A DNA stretch of 64,000 nt from an uncultured Candidatus Saccharibacteria bacterium. Its GTDB lineage: Bacteria; Patescibacteriota; Minisyncoccia; Phycocordibacterales; UBA2100. Shown piece after piece: positions 9,284 through 18,909 of the stretch. The stretch's first letter is position 1. The number at the start of each line of letters is the position of its first letter. A program made the translations under genes and the position numbers. The notes beneath the pieces are model-generated. The model was not told the origin of the DNA and did not search any database. It saw nothing but the letters and a program-made list of their open reading frames with translations. The DNA lies in the NCBI GenBank assembly GCA_964362175.1, contig CAYIDD010000001.1:64569-128568 (forward strand), in the 5' to 3' direction.

Positions 9284-9326
9284 GGGGGGTGTGACGTACC
9301 AGTATAGCAATACTTGCACAAAAACA

Positions 9327-10127
9327 TCACGGCCCCTCGGCTTCAAAGCGCGCGATAAGACCGTTGCGCACGACGGTGCGATAGACATATACAAAAAAGG
9401 CGTACGCGAGGACGATATACAACACCGCAAGCACGACTCCTTCAACAAGCGCGAGCGAAGAGAATGTCCCTGAAAGAAGCGCGGTGCGCATTCCTTCGAA
9501 CACGTAGGAGGGCGGAAGCGCCTTGGAGACGACCCTCATCCAATCAGGGAGCGTTGAAACGGGGTAGAATACGCCCACGAACGGGTTCAAGACGGCCGGA
9601 ATAGGCCACACGAACCACTCTGCCGAGGGTCCGATACGGAGCACGATGGCGACCCCGAAGATGCCGAGCGCGATACCGAAGAGAAAAAGGATGAGCAGGA
9701 ACGGTGCAAGGTAGACGCCGAGCGTAAAGAGCGAGAAGCCGAACACGAGAGACGCCAATGCGATGACGCCGGAGAGTACCAAAATGCTCGTAAGGATACT
9801 GGTGAGCACGAGCCCAACGATATATTCGGAGATCTTCAGAGGAGACGCGAAGAGATTGAGAAAATTCTTCGACCACACATCCTCGAGGAACGAGGTCGTC
9901 ATTCCCTGCATGACACGTAGAAGAAAGCCCCAGAGTACGACCGCACCGAGGAAGAACGTGAGAACACCAAAAGAAGGCGGCACCACCGTCGTCAGATACT
10001 TTGTGATATATCCCCAAATAATGACATCAACCGTTATCCAAACGAACATCTGCCAAAAGCGGGTCGGATGACCGCGGATGAGATAGAACTGCCGAAAAGC
10101 TATCGCGTATGCGCGTCGGATGTTCAT
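9327..10127 (-). CDS. ABC-2 type transporter permease
   Basis: 266 aa, six TM helices, immediately downstream of ABC ATPase. Confidence 0.8.
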   Translation of the reverse strand: MNIRRAYAIAFRQFYLIRGHPTRFWQMFVWITVDVIIWGYITKYLTTVVPPSFGVLTFFLGAVVLWGFLLRVMQGMTTSFLEDVWSKNFLNLFASPLKISEYIVGLVLTSILTSILVLSGVIALASLVFGFSLFTLGVYLAPFLLILFLFGIALGIFGVAIVLRIGPSAEWFVWPIPAVLNPFVGVFYPVSTLPDWMRVVSKALPPSYVFEGMRTALLSGTFSSLALVEGVVLAVLYIVLAYAFFVYVYRTVVRNGLIARFEAEGP

Positions 10128-10129
10128 AC

Positions 10130-10870
10130 TTATACGAGCTCCCCGGGAAGCGGCTCCCGCGCGACCGAGATGAATAACTCCTCCAGATCCGTCTTTCCGT
10201 GCTCGCGTGGTAATGCTCTCGGATCCCCTTCGAGAAGTACCTTACCGTGCGATAAGAAGAGCACACGGTCGCATACCACTTCCACCTCGTGCATATTGTG
10301 CGAGGTCCACAAGACACCTCCCACCCCCGAATCGGCGAAATGCCGTATCTTTTCGCGAATAGTGCGCGCGGTCGAAGGGTCGAGGGAGGCGGTCGGCTCG
10401 TCGAGAAGCAGGAGCTGGGGCATATTGAGCATGGCTTTCGCCAGAGAAACACGCGTTTGCTCGCCGGAAGAGAGTATGCCGCATTTCGTGTGGATGAATT
10501 TCTCAAGATCGAACTCCCGCACCAGATGCGTGATACGCTCCTTCAAGTTCGGCACGTCGTAGATGAGCCCGAAGATATGAAGATTCTGAAAGACGCTCAT
10601 ATTGCCCGGAAGCTGCGCGTACACGGCGGCAAAATTCGTACGCTCCAACGCCTCGCTGCGCTTGTGCGCGATATCGAGACCGGCGATCGATATACTTCCC
10701 CCGCTCGGTTCTAGTACCCCAAGGATCATGTTTATAGTAGTCGTCTTCCCCGCCCCGTTGGGCCCGAGAAGTCCCACGATCTCATTCTTGTCCACTCTGA
10801 ACGAAATACCATCGACAGCCACTGTATCGCGGTAGATTTTTCTCAATTCTTTTACTTCAAGAACCGGCAT
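10130..10870 (-). CDS. ABC transporter ATP-binding protein
   Basis: Walker A GPNGAGKTT, signature LSSGEQTRV, Walker B LLLLDEP; start at MPVLEVKELRKIY. Confidence 0.9.
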   Translation of the reverse strand: MPVLEVKELRKIYRDTVAVDGISFRVDKNEIVGLLGPNGAGKTTTINMILGVLEPSGGSISIAGLDIAHKRSEALERTNFAAVYAQLPGNMSVFQNLHIFGLIYDVPNLKERITHLVREFDLEKFIHTKCGILSSGEQTRVSLAKAMLNMPQLLLLDEPTASLDPSTARTIREKIRHFADSGVGGVLWTSHNMHEVEVVCDRVLFLSHGKVLLEGDPRALPREHGKTDLEELFISVAREPLPGELV

Positions 10871-10887
10871 ACGGTGGATTGTACAAC

Positions 10888-11541
10888 CTAATCCCACGTA
10901 TTCTCTCCATTTTCTCCGAGCGGGACCGCGGGTCCGGAATATCGGGGTTTTCGGTCAAACGTAACATTAAAGAACGCTTTGATGGACGCGGGTATTTCGC
11001 GTATGTAATCGTAGACCGAGCCCCCTCCACCCTTCACAATGACACCGTACGCGCTCAACCCCAGATGTCGTGCGATCCAGAGCGCACGCGGCAGATGGAA
11101 GTCTTGCGTTACGATGGTGACCGACCGTACGTGAAATACCTCACGTGCGCGATAGATGCTCGAGTATGTATCGAGGCCCGCGTGATCGAGGAAGATGTCC
11201 CGCGCGGGAATCCCCGCATCGATCAAATAGTTCCTCACCGGTATCACTTCGTCATACGGGAGTGCGCTACTATCACCCGTCACCAGTATCTTCGACACTT
11301 TTCCCTCTCTATAGAGATCTATCGCCTCGTCGGCCCGCTCCGCAAGGATAGGCGATGGCGCGCCGCGCACGACGGATGCGCCCAAAACGAGCGCAACATC
11401 GCTTTGCGGCGCCTCCTCGATCGAGCTGTACGTGTAGCGCGCGACCCCGGCACGCATTGCAATGGGCACAAGAAACGCGCACGCGGCAACGACGAGCAGC
11501 GCTATGGGTAACCGCTGACGATGGGACCGGAAGTGGGGCAT
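10888..11541 (-). CDS. SanA/YdcF (DUF218) family protein
   Basis: 217 aa, N-terminal TM, DUF218 pattern (VLGASV...ILVTGDS...). Confidence 0.7.
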   Translation of the reverse strand: MPHFRSHRQRLPIALLVVAACAFLVPIAMRAGVARYTYSSIEEAPQSDVALVLGASVVRGAPSPILAERADEAIDLYREGKVSKILVTGDSSALPYDEVIPVRNYLIDAGIPARDIFLDHAGLDTYSSIYRAREVFHVRSVTIVTQDFHLPRALWIARHLGLSAYGVIVKGGGGSVYDYIREIPASIKAFFNVTFDRKPRYSGPAVPLGENGENTWD

Positions 11542-11573
11542 GCATTACGCGCCGAATACATCCGGCGATGTGC

Positions 11574-12992
11574 TCACTGCACTTGGAACAAAATGGTGTT
11601 CGTCGTTCCGTTGCCATTCGTCACGTAGACCTGTATCGGTCCTGGCAACACCTGTTGAATATTCTGCGAACAAAAACTTCCCGGAGTGACGAGATCGCAC
11701 GGAGAAACGAACGAGGGAACGGTGTAGTAGATGGTCGTACCGTTCTGCGACGGAACGTGCTGTGTGCCGCCGATACCGAAGTGCACCGTATTTTCAAGCG
11801 GAGTAAAGCCGCTGCCCGTAAGAACGAACTGCGAACCGACGGGGGCCGTCATCGGCGCGATCGAAGAAAGCGCGACGTTGCCGTACGAACCTCCGCTCGT
11901 CACATTGACCGTCGCGCTTGAGGTGTTGGTCTGTCCCGATGAGTTACTGACCGTGAAGACGACCGTGTATGTGCCCGAAGTGTAGTACGTGTGTGTGAAT
12001 GTCAGTGTGTTGCTCCCTTGCTGGTATGTCGTCTGCGGCGCGGCGAGACCACTGTATCCCCCGCCTGTATCCCCCCAATTGACGGATGTCGTCATGTAGG
12101 AAGTGCTCGGATTGTTGACGGAAACCGTCCACGTGCCTTGCACGCCTGTTGCGAGTGATGTCGGCCCGTTCACACTATGTATCATCGGAGCACCGTAGGA
12201 GCCGTACGACGTCACGCTGAAGTTGAGCGTGTTGCTCGTGCCGCGCGAATTCATGACATACACGCCAACGGTACCCGCAGTGGAGTACGAGGGCACCGTG
12301 AACGTGAGCGATGTGCCACTGTACGATGGGATATTCGTAAGCGGTACCATACCCACATACACCGTATTGTTCGAGTAATCAAAACCCGAGCCGAAGACGG
12401 TAACGCTTGTCCCCGGTTGTCCGGACGTAACTGAGAGAGAGGTCAATGAGACATTGTTCCCGTACGAATAGGTATTGCATGTGTACGGATACGTGTAGTA
12501 GCAGTTCGTATTGTTGTATGTGTTGAACGGGGGCACTGTGTACGGATAGTAGGTGTTGTACCCGCCCATGTAACCGCCCTGGCCGGACAGGCCGCAGCTT
12601 ACACGCGAGATCGCAGCGCGTGTCGCGGCGTCCACAATGCCGGAGAGAGGGAGACCCCGTTGCTGCTGGAAGTTGCGCACTGCAGCGAGCGTCGCATTAC
12701 CGAAGTAGCCGGTGATCATCCAGCTTCCCCCGCCCGGAAAGTTCTGGTTCACGAGAAATGTCTGGAGTTGTGATACTTGGCTTCCGCGCGTGCCGTATGA
12801 GAGATCGCTCACGAGATTCGCGCACGCGCCGGAATACGGAGCACCGTAGGGTGCCGTGTATGACGTCTGCTGATAAGCGGAACCATAATTACTGTAGTAC
12901 GAAGGCGCTCCGAAGTAATACCCCTGCGCCGAGACCACGTTTGCGCTAAGGGCGATGAGTGCCGCGAACGAGAGAACGAGTGCCTTTTTCAT
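11574..12992 (-). CDS. secreted peptidoglycan-binding domain protein with PKD/IPT-like beta domains (paralog 1)
   Basis: signal peptide; PGBD1-like GSQVSQLQTFLVNQNFPG...GYFGNATLAAVRNFQQQRGLPLSGIVDAATRAAI; PKD-like NWGDTGGG...YTHTYYTSGTYTVVFTVSN. Confidence 0.8.
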   Translation of the reverse strand: MKKALVLSFAALIALSANVVSAQGYYFGAPSYYSNYGSAYQQTSYTAPYGAPYSGACANLVSDLSYGTRGSQVSQLQTFLVNQNFPGGGSWMITGYFGNATLAAVRNFQQQRGLPLSGIVDAATRAAISRVSCGLSGQGGYMGGYNTYYPYTVPPFNTYNNTNCYYTYPYTCNTYSYGNNVSLTSLSVTSGQPGTSVTVFGSGFDYSNNTVYVGMVPLTNIPSYSGTSLTFTVPSYSTAGTVGVYVMNSRGTSNTLNFSVTSYGSYGAPMIHSVNGPTSLATGVQGTWTVSVNNPSTSYMTTSVNWGDTGGGYSGLAAPQTTYQQGSNTLTFTHTYYTSGTYTVVFTVSNSSGQTNTSSATVNVTSGGSYGNVALSSIAPMTAPVGSQFVLTGSGFTPLENTVHFGIGGTQHVPSQNGTTIYYTVPSFVSPCDLVTPGSFCSQNIQQVLPGPIQVYVTNGNGTTNTILFQVQ

Positions 12993-13103
12993 ATGAGACG
13001 GTTATTTTAGGCCTCAAAACCTTGACTAATAATTGGAATTAAGGGCTGATACCGCCAATATGCAATAGGAGCACCTTTTATGCAAGCGTGGGTGCTTCCA
13101 GAT

Positions 13104-13991
13104 CTATTTCGACTTCCTGAGATGCAAATGATCGGTCAAGAGGAGTGTGCCCAATATGAGAGGCAGCACGGCGGTAAGCTGCCACACGTTCGGTGCCTGA
13201 CGAAGGAGAAGCCATGCGAGGAGCAGGGTCGCAAGTGGTGTGATGCTGCTGAGCGCCTGCGCTTTTGTGACAGAGATCCGGTGGATCGCCTCGACCCAGA
13301 GGATCTTGGAGAGACCGAATATCAGTACCCCGTTCACAACGAGAAGGAAGAGCGAGTCCGCGACGTTGCCGTACGAAGCGTGTTGGCCGAACGCGAACGC
13401 CAATAGGAAAATAACGGGAACAGCAAGAATGCTTCTCAGGAATAAAATCGTTTCGCTTGATGCGATGTCCCGCGCTTTTTGCTGGAAGAAATTACCGACG
13501 GGAGCACACATCGTCGCGGCGACTATGAGCAAATCCCCGATACCGACGCCGGAAAAACCCCGTACTAACACGATGACGGCTCCGCCGATCATAAGGAGTG
13601 CGCCGACCTTGTACTCGAAGGAGATGCGCTCCTCCCGAAAGACATTGAAGAATAAAAACGATGTGAAAACCTCAAGCAACGCGATGATCGCCGCATTGCC
13701 GGGGAGCGTTTTGGTGAGACCTATGAAAAAAAGCCCGTAAAACAAAATGCTGATGAAAAGAGTTATGTAGAGGCCGTATTTCCAGAGAAGCGGGTTCCGC
13801 AATTCATGCCATGTCCCTTTGTAGGAAACGATGAGACCGAAAAAGATCGCGGCAAATGCGGTGCTCCATCCGAGCGAAATGAGACTCGGAAGTGCCGCGT
13901 AGGAAAGAACGGTGATGATCGGAAAAAGCGCGCCGAAAAGTATGCCGGAATAAATGAACCACTCTCCTTTCCGTTTTTCGGACAGTGCCAT
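13104..13991 (-). CDS. EamA/DMT-family membrane transporter
   Basis: 295 aa, ten TM helices in two 5-TM halves. Confidence 0.8.
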   Translation of the reverse strand: MALSEKRKGEWFIYSGILFGALFPIITVLSYAALPSLISLGWSTAFAAIFFGLIVSYKGTWHELRNPLLWKYGLYITLFISILFYGLFFIGLTKTLPGNAAIIALLEVFTSFLFFNVFREERISFEYKVGALLMIGGAVIVLVRGFSGVGIGDLLIVAATMCAPVGNFFQQKARDIASSETILFLRSILAVPVIFLLAFAFGQHASYGNVADSLFLLVVNGVLIFGLSKILWVEAIHRISVTKAQALSSITPLATLLLAWLLLRQAPNVWQLTAVLPLILGTLLLTDHLHLRKSK

Positions 13992-14012
13992 TCCGGCAGT
14001 ATACCAGCGGGT

Positions 14013-15323
14013 CTAGCGGAACGAGCGGCCTGTCCGGCCAAGGCGGGGGCCACGTGAGGGTGGCGCGCCGCGAGGACGTCTTCCGAAACCCGAACCCCCC
14101 CTCGGAGTAAAACCCCCCGGTTGCGGGCGGGAAAATCGCCGCGGTCGGTCATCATCTACATATGAATGTGCTATGGCGCGCGCGGGAGGCAGTACGGGAA
14201 GCGCCGAGATCGGCACCGTTTTTCTGATGAGATTTTCGATATCGCGGATGTCGCGTTTCTGATGCGGCTCGGCGAACGAAATGGCGTGTCCTTCCGCCCC
14301 CGCGCGTGCCGTGCGTCCGATACGATGCACATAGTCGGCAGAATCCATCGGTAGGTCGTAATTCAGGACGAGCTCAATGCCCTTTACATCAATACCGCGC
14401 GAAGCGATGTCGGTCGCCACGAGCACGCGATATTTACCGTTCTTAAATCCATCAAGGGCTTCGCGTCGTTGCGAAAGTGAGCGATTGCCATGAATTTCCG
14501 CTGCGGTGTGTCCCATCGCCGCGATCGTGCGCATGATCTTCTTCGCGCCGTGTTTAGTGCGCGAGAAAACGAGGGTCGAGCCCTTGTAGTCACCCAATAT
14601 CTTTTCAAGCAGGCGTCCCTTATCCTCTTTCCGCACGATAAAAAATTCCTGACTGATCTTCTCCACCGTCGTGCCAGCGGGCGCCACTTCGACGCGAAGT
14701 GGGAGTTTCATGTGCTGTGTCGCGAGCTGCATGATGTCGCGCGAAAGAGTGGCGGAAAAAAGCATGGTCTGGCGCGCCGTGGGTGCCGCGGCGATGATCT
14801 TCTTCACCTGCGGCCAGAATCCCATGTCGAGCATGCGGTCCGCCTCATCGAGGACGAGGACTTCGACTTTATCAAGCTTGAGGTTCCTCTGGGCGAGGTG
14901 ATCGAGCAGGCGTCCCGGGGTTGCGATGATGACGTGCGGGTCACGACGAAGCGAAGAGATCTGCATCCCCATCGAGGCACCTCCGATGAATACGGTCGTG
15001 CGGAGCCCCAGCGGTCGTGCGATCCTTGCGAGTGTTTCATCTACCTGTAAAGCAAGTTCGCGTGTCGGCACCAAAATGAGTCCGCGACCATCGCCTCCTG
15101 CCAAACGCTGTAAAAGCGGGATACCGAATGCGAGTGTTTTGCCCGTTCCCGTCTGCGCAACGCCCACGACATCTTTCCCCGCGACACCCTCGGGAATGGC
15201 CCGAAATTGTATCGGGGTCGGCGTCGTGAAGTTGAGCTTCGCGAGTATATCCAAAATATTCGGCGCAATACCAAGGCCATTGAACGTATGCTCCGGTATC
15301 GGCGGTTTTGGTGTAGGAGTCAT
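14013..15323 (-). CDS. DEAD-box ATP-dependent RNA helicase with RG-rich C-terminal tail
   Basis: Q-motif, AQTGTGKT, DEAD, SAT, HRIGRTAR motifs; C-terminal RGG repeats. Confidence 0.9.
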   Translation of the reverse strand: MTPTPKPPIPEHTFNGLGIAPNILDILAKLNFTTPTPIQFRAIPEGVAGKDVVGVAQTGTGKTLAFGIPLLQRLAGGDGRGLILVPTRELALQVDETLARIARPLGLRTTVFIGGASMGMQISSLRRDPHVIIATPGRLLDHLAQRNLKLDKVEVLVLDEADRMLDMGFWPQVKKIIAAAPTARQTMLFSATLSRDIMQLATQHMKLPLRVEVAPAGTTVEKISQEFFIVRKEDKGRLLEKILGDYKGSTLVFSRTKHGAKKIMRTIAAMGHTAAEIHGNRSLSQRREALDGFKNGKYRVLVATDIASRGIDVKGIELVLNYDLPMDSADYVHRIGRTARAGAEGHAISFAEPHQKRDIRDIENLIRKTVPISALPVLPPARAIAHSYVDDDRPRRFSRPQPGGFTPRGGSGFGRRPRGAPPSRGPRLGRTGRSFR

Positions 15324-15405
15324 GAGAAAAAGCCCAACGTGAAATTAATGCCTTGACGATACCATGAAAATCGCCGATGCGCAATCTCTCCCCCCAAGAT
15401 GTCCT

Positions 15406-15801
15406 TTATTCGGTCGTTTTCCCGTCGTACTGTTCTTCGTCTTTTTCCGCCTCGGCCTTTGTCTTATGGATGACCCCATCACGATGGTTCGGTGGAGAAT
15501 ACACTGTGTAGAGTTTTAGCGGCGCGTCAGAAGATGTATTGACGATATTGTGCCGGGCCCCCGCGGGTACAATAATGGCACATCCGTTTTCTATAACATG
15601 CTCTACTCCATCAAGTATGGCCTTTCCTTCCCCCGCTTCACATCGAATAAATTGGTCGAGCTGGTGAACCTCCTCGCCGATGTCGCCGTCCGGCGGGATA
15701 CTCATTACCACAAGCTGACTATTCTTTGCCGTGTAGAGAACTTTTCTGAAATTCCCGTTCTCGAGCGAATCCTTTTCTATGTTCGTTACAAAGCCTTTCA
15801 T
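15406..15801 (-). CDS. cupin-domain protein
   Basis: 131 aa; two-motif cupin pattern (HVIENGCAIIVPAGARHN). Confidence 0.7.
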   Translation of the reverse strand: MKGFVTNIEKDSLENGNFRKVLYTAKNSQLVVMSIPPDGDIGEEVHQLDQFIRCEAGEGKAILDGVEHVIENGCAIIVPAGARHNIVNTSSDAPLKLYTVYSPPNHRDGVIHKTKAEAEKDEEQYDGKTTE

Positions 15802-15888
15802 ACCGACACTATAGCACTAACTGGCTGGCCGTCTCGAGCTAGAACCGTGGTCGGTCAAGCCCCACAAGGCTTTTCTGACATTTTTAAG

Positions 15889-16713
15889 TCAACCATTTCG
15901 ATACTCCTTGGAACCTGTCTTCATTTGAGAAATCAGTTTCTCAACTTCTTTTATCATTACAACTTGCTCGCCCACTATGACTTTGTTGTCATATAAGTCT
16001 TTACTGAAAGCTAGGCTTATATCTACAGCTTGTGTAGCAATAAAGTCTTCGTCACCTCCATCATGGAAAAATATTTCCCCATATCTATCTTGTCCGATAA
16101 ATGCTTGAAGTCCGTCTATATTTAAATGTGCAACGGGAGATAGTTGTCTATAGATCAAGCTATACATTCGTTCAAAACTACCGGGTTCAGCATTTGTGAC
16201 ATCTCCCTCTTCGCACAGTCTAGCTTTTTCCCGCAAGTGTTTCGTGCCAGTAAGATCGGGGTTTGCCCTTAATATTGCCTCTTTATGTTTGGTTTGGTCA
16301 GTAATAGCCTTATTTAGATATCCTTTATTGAATAGCTGGGTACTATCATTAGATTCCAAATTTGGATATTTCTTTATCAAATCCAATATTTCTTTTAAAA
16401 CTATAATTCTTTCATCGAACATTCTTTTTGAAGAGAAGGCCAACCTTTTTTCAGAATCTTTGACTTGATGATAAATAATGTCTATGTGTGCTTCAAAAAG
16501 TGTTCGGAGTAGTACTTTAGCTGCGTGTGATTTTTTATTCTCACACAATATTAAAATTGCTTCGGTAAAACTAAATATGGGGTGATGTGCAAAATATATA
16601 TAATTTTGCAGGTGGGTATATTTGCCCTTGTCAGAAGTACGAAGCAATTCAACTATCTCACTCTTTAGCTTAAGGAAGGCATCTTTTAATTTTTGAAAGT
16701 ATATATCTTTCAT
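15889..16713 (-). CDS. hypothetical protein in AT-rich island; possible HEPN-like defence-type protein
   Basis: 274 aa; coding region is strikingly AT-rich versus flanks; helical, Rx5H motif RTLFEAH; no confident family. Confidence 0.6.
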   Translation of the reverse strand: MKDIYFQKLKDAFLKLKSEIVELLRTSDKGKYTHLQNYIYFAHHPIFSFTEAILILCENKKSHAAKVLLRTLFEAHIDIIYHQVKDSEKRLAFSSKRMFDERIIVLKEILDLIKKYPNLESNDSTQLFNKGYLNKAITDQTKHKEAILRANPDLTGTKHLREKARLCEEGDVTNAEPGSFERMYSLIYRQLSPVAHLNIDGLQAFIGQDRYGEIFFHDGGDEDFIATQAVDISLAFSKDLYDNKVIVGEQVVMIKEVEKLISQMKTGSKEYRNG

Positions 16714-16740
16714 GCTCTTCGGAGTCCGAACCTATCTCAA

Positions 16741-16797
16741 AAAATACTTCCGTCGAAAGTGTGCTCATTTCGACGCGATTTTTACGCTTAAAAATCG
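16741..16797 (-). terminator. two adjacent perfect hairpins downstream of tRNA-Gln (first followed by U-run)
   Basis: CGATTTTTA-CGCT-TAAAAATCG (16776..16797) and CGTCGAAA-gtgtgctca-TTTCGACG (16751..16775) followed on minus strand by GAAGUAUUUUUU. Confidence 0.4.
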
Positions 16798-16798
16798 G

Positions 16799-16869
16799 CT
16801 GGGGGACTAGGATTCGAACCTAGATACACCGCTCCAGAGGCGGTAGTCCGACCATTAGACGATCCCCCA
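16799..16869 (-). tRNA. tRNA-Gln (CUG)
   Basis: manual fold: acceptor UGGGGGA/UCCCCCA (U1-A72 as in E. coli tRNA-Gln), D-stem GUCU/GGAC, anticodon loop CUCUGGA, T-loop TTCGAAT; CCA not encoded. Confidence 0.8.
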
Positions 16870-16898
16870 ATTCGCACACAATAACGGAAAATGGACTC

Positions 16899-17822
16899 TT
16901 ATTCAACCAATGGACATGTTCGACGATCTCGACCAAGTTCGACGGGGATCTCTTCCACATACTGCACGCCCGCTTTGTCGAATGCGACATTGAGCACGAG
17001 CCCGCGTCGCACATCCCCATTCCAATATTGATCAAAGATAAAATTGCCGAGTGAGTAGTATATGTATTTTTCCCGATAGAATTCCCGTTCTTCGACGACG
17101 TGCGGATGCGAACCAACAACGATCTCCGCACCCGCGTCAATGAATCGGCGTGCGAGCGTGCGGATATACTCCGGCGAGGTCGTGGCGTATTCCACTCCCC
17201 AGTGTGTATACACGATGGGCAATGTACCCGCCATGCGTGCGTCCTCGATCTGCCGGATCGTTGTCGTAGTGTTTCCGCCGAACTCGTTGTAATTAATGAA
17301 GGCAAGATGAATGTCGCCAAAGTCCTCCGCTGCGACCGTGTGGTCGAGCGGATCACCGAAATATTTCACCCGCGCATCATCGAGTGCCGATATCGTCGAG
17401 CGCACTCCGCTTGTACCGAAATTCTTGATGTGATTGTTGCCGATATTTACCAAACGAATGTTGTGTGCGGCCAAAAGAGCCGCCGTTGAGGTCGGGAATG
17501 TGAACGTGTAGTTGCCGTCCGAGCCCGGTGGAGTACCCATGCTTTTCGAGGGCTTATCCGTGATGGGACCTTCAAGGTTCGCGACGACGAGATCCGCCTC
17601 TTTTAGAACGGGATCGATACATGAAAAAATAAAGTCACCTCCTTTTTCGCTCACGGCGGTTCGTATCGTGCGGTCAAACATCATATCGCCGGCAAAAAGC
17701 ACTGTGAAATGCGGCGGGGCTACACGAGGGAGGCTGGGGAATGCGTTGGGTACGGCTGTAGCGGGAAAGAGCGCGACGAAAGACGCGACGAGAGAAACAA
17801 ATAAGTGTATCAGGTCTGGCAT
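16899..17822 (-). CDS. CapA/PgsA-family metallophosphatase-like protein
   Basis: 307 aa; CapA family pattern (VVANLEGP..., GNNH, HWGVEY..., VVGSHPHV). Confidence 0.8.
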   Translation of the reverse strand: MPDLIHLFVSLVASFVALFPATAVPNAFPSLPRVAPPHFTVLFAGDMMFDRTIRTAVSEKGGDFIFSCIDPVLKEADLVVANLEGPITDKPSKSMGTPPGSDGNYTFTFPTSTAALLAAHNIRLVNIGNNHIKNFGTSGVRSTISALDDARVKYFGDPLDHTVAAEDFGDIHLAFINYNEFGGNTTTTIRQIEDARMAGTLPIVYTHWGVEYATTSPEYIRTLARRFIDAGAEIVVGSHPHVVEEREFYREKYIYYSLGNFIFDQYWNGDVRRGLVLNVAFDKAGVQYVEEIPVELGRDRRTCPLVE

Positions 17823-18869
17823 CTATCCGGTTATGCCCGCAAGTGAGTGCGGCTTACCTTCTGCGATGGCTGCGTGTGTGATGCGAATGAATTGAGCCTT
17901 TTTCTCAAATTCGGAAATGGTGCGCGCACCTACGTAGCCCATGCCCACCTGAACACCTGATGCGAGTTCAGCGACGATCTCGCCTACCGGTCCTTTGTAC
18001 GGAACAAGCGCTTCGACGCCTTCGGGCACTGCCTTGCGACCATGCGTGAAGTATCGCTCGCTACCGGAAGCACTCTTGATGACCGCTTGCGAGCCCATGC
18101 CGCGATATTCTTTGAATTTCTTTCCCTCTTTCTCCACGACCTTCCCCGGCGCCTCATCAGTACCCGCAAAAAGATTACCGAGCATCACCGCGGAAGCTCC
18201 CGCCGCAAGCGCTTTCGCGATGTCACCCGATGTACGAATGCCGCCGTCGGCAATGACGGGGACTTTGTATTTCTTCGCGACCGTGACCACATCAAGGACC
18301 GCAGAAAGCTGTGGCACGCCAACGCCTGATATGAGGCGTGTGGTGCAGATACTTCCCGGCCCCACACCGACTTTCACCGCATCAGCGAACGTGCACGCCG
18401 CCTTTGCCGCCTCGCCGGTCGCGATATTGCCGAAGATCATCTTCGCATGTTTGAGATCCATCTTTATTTTTCTGGCGCTCTCGACGACATTTAAATTATG
18501 GCCGTGCGCACAATCAATGACGATGGCATCACATCCCGCTTCATCGAGCGCCTTCGCGCGGTCAGCGGCAAATGGCCCGCACGCAGCGGCAGTCGGAACC
18601 CCGGCCTTTTTGACTTCGCGCACCATACGTGCCTGCTCTTCTATCGAGCAGTTGCGGTGGATGACTCCGAGTCCCCCGAGTTTGCCGAGAGTGATCGCCA
18701 TCTGTGGTTCCGTCACACGATCCATCGCGGCGGAGAGAAATGGGACCGAGAGGTCGATCCCCGCTATTTTTGTTTTGAGTGATGCCTCGGCGGGCTCCAT
18801 CTCCGAAGCGCCCGGTCGTATCAGTACATCATCGAAGGTGAAACCTTCCTTGAGAATTTTGACTGCCAT
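17823..18869 (-). CDS. IMP dehydrogenase / GMP reductase family enzyme lacking CBS subdomain
   Basis: 348 aa; TIM-barrel IMPDH motifs (catalytic loop GVGPGSICTTR, ADGGIR, GSQAV); no CBS pair insert. Confidence 0.85.
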   Translation of the reverse strand: MAVKILKEGFTFDDVLIRPGASEMEPAEASLKTKIAGIDLSVPFLSAAMDRVTEPQMAITLGKLGGLGVIHRNCSIEEQARMVREVKKAGVPTAAACGPFAADRAKALDEAGCDAIVIDCAHGHNLNVVESARKIKMDLKHAKMIFGNIATGEAAKAACTFADAVKVGVGPGSICTTRLISGVGVPQLSAVLDVVTVAKKYKVPVIADGGIRTSGDIAKALAAGASAVMLGNLFAGTDEAPGKVVEKEGKKFKEYRGMGSQAVIKSASGSERYFTHGRKAVPEGVEALVPYKGPVGEIVAELASGVQVGMGYVGARTISEFEKKAQFIRITHAAIAEGKPHSLAGITG

Positions 18870-18909
18870 GCGCCATTATACTCTGCAGAGCGAAAAAGTC
18901 AACATCGAG

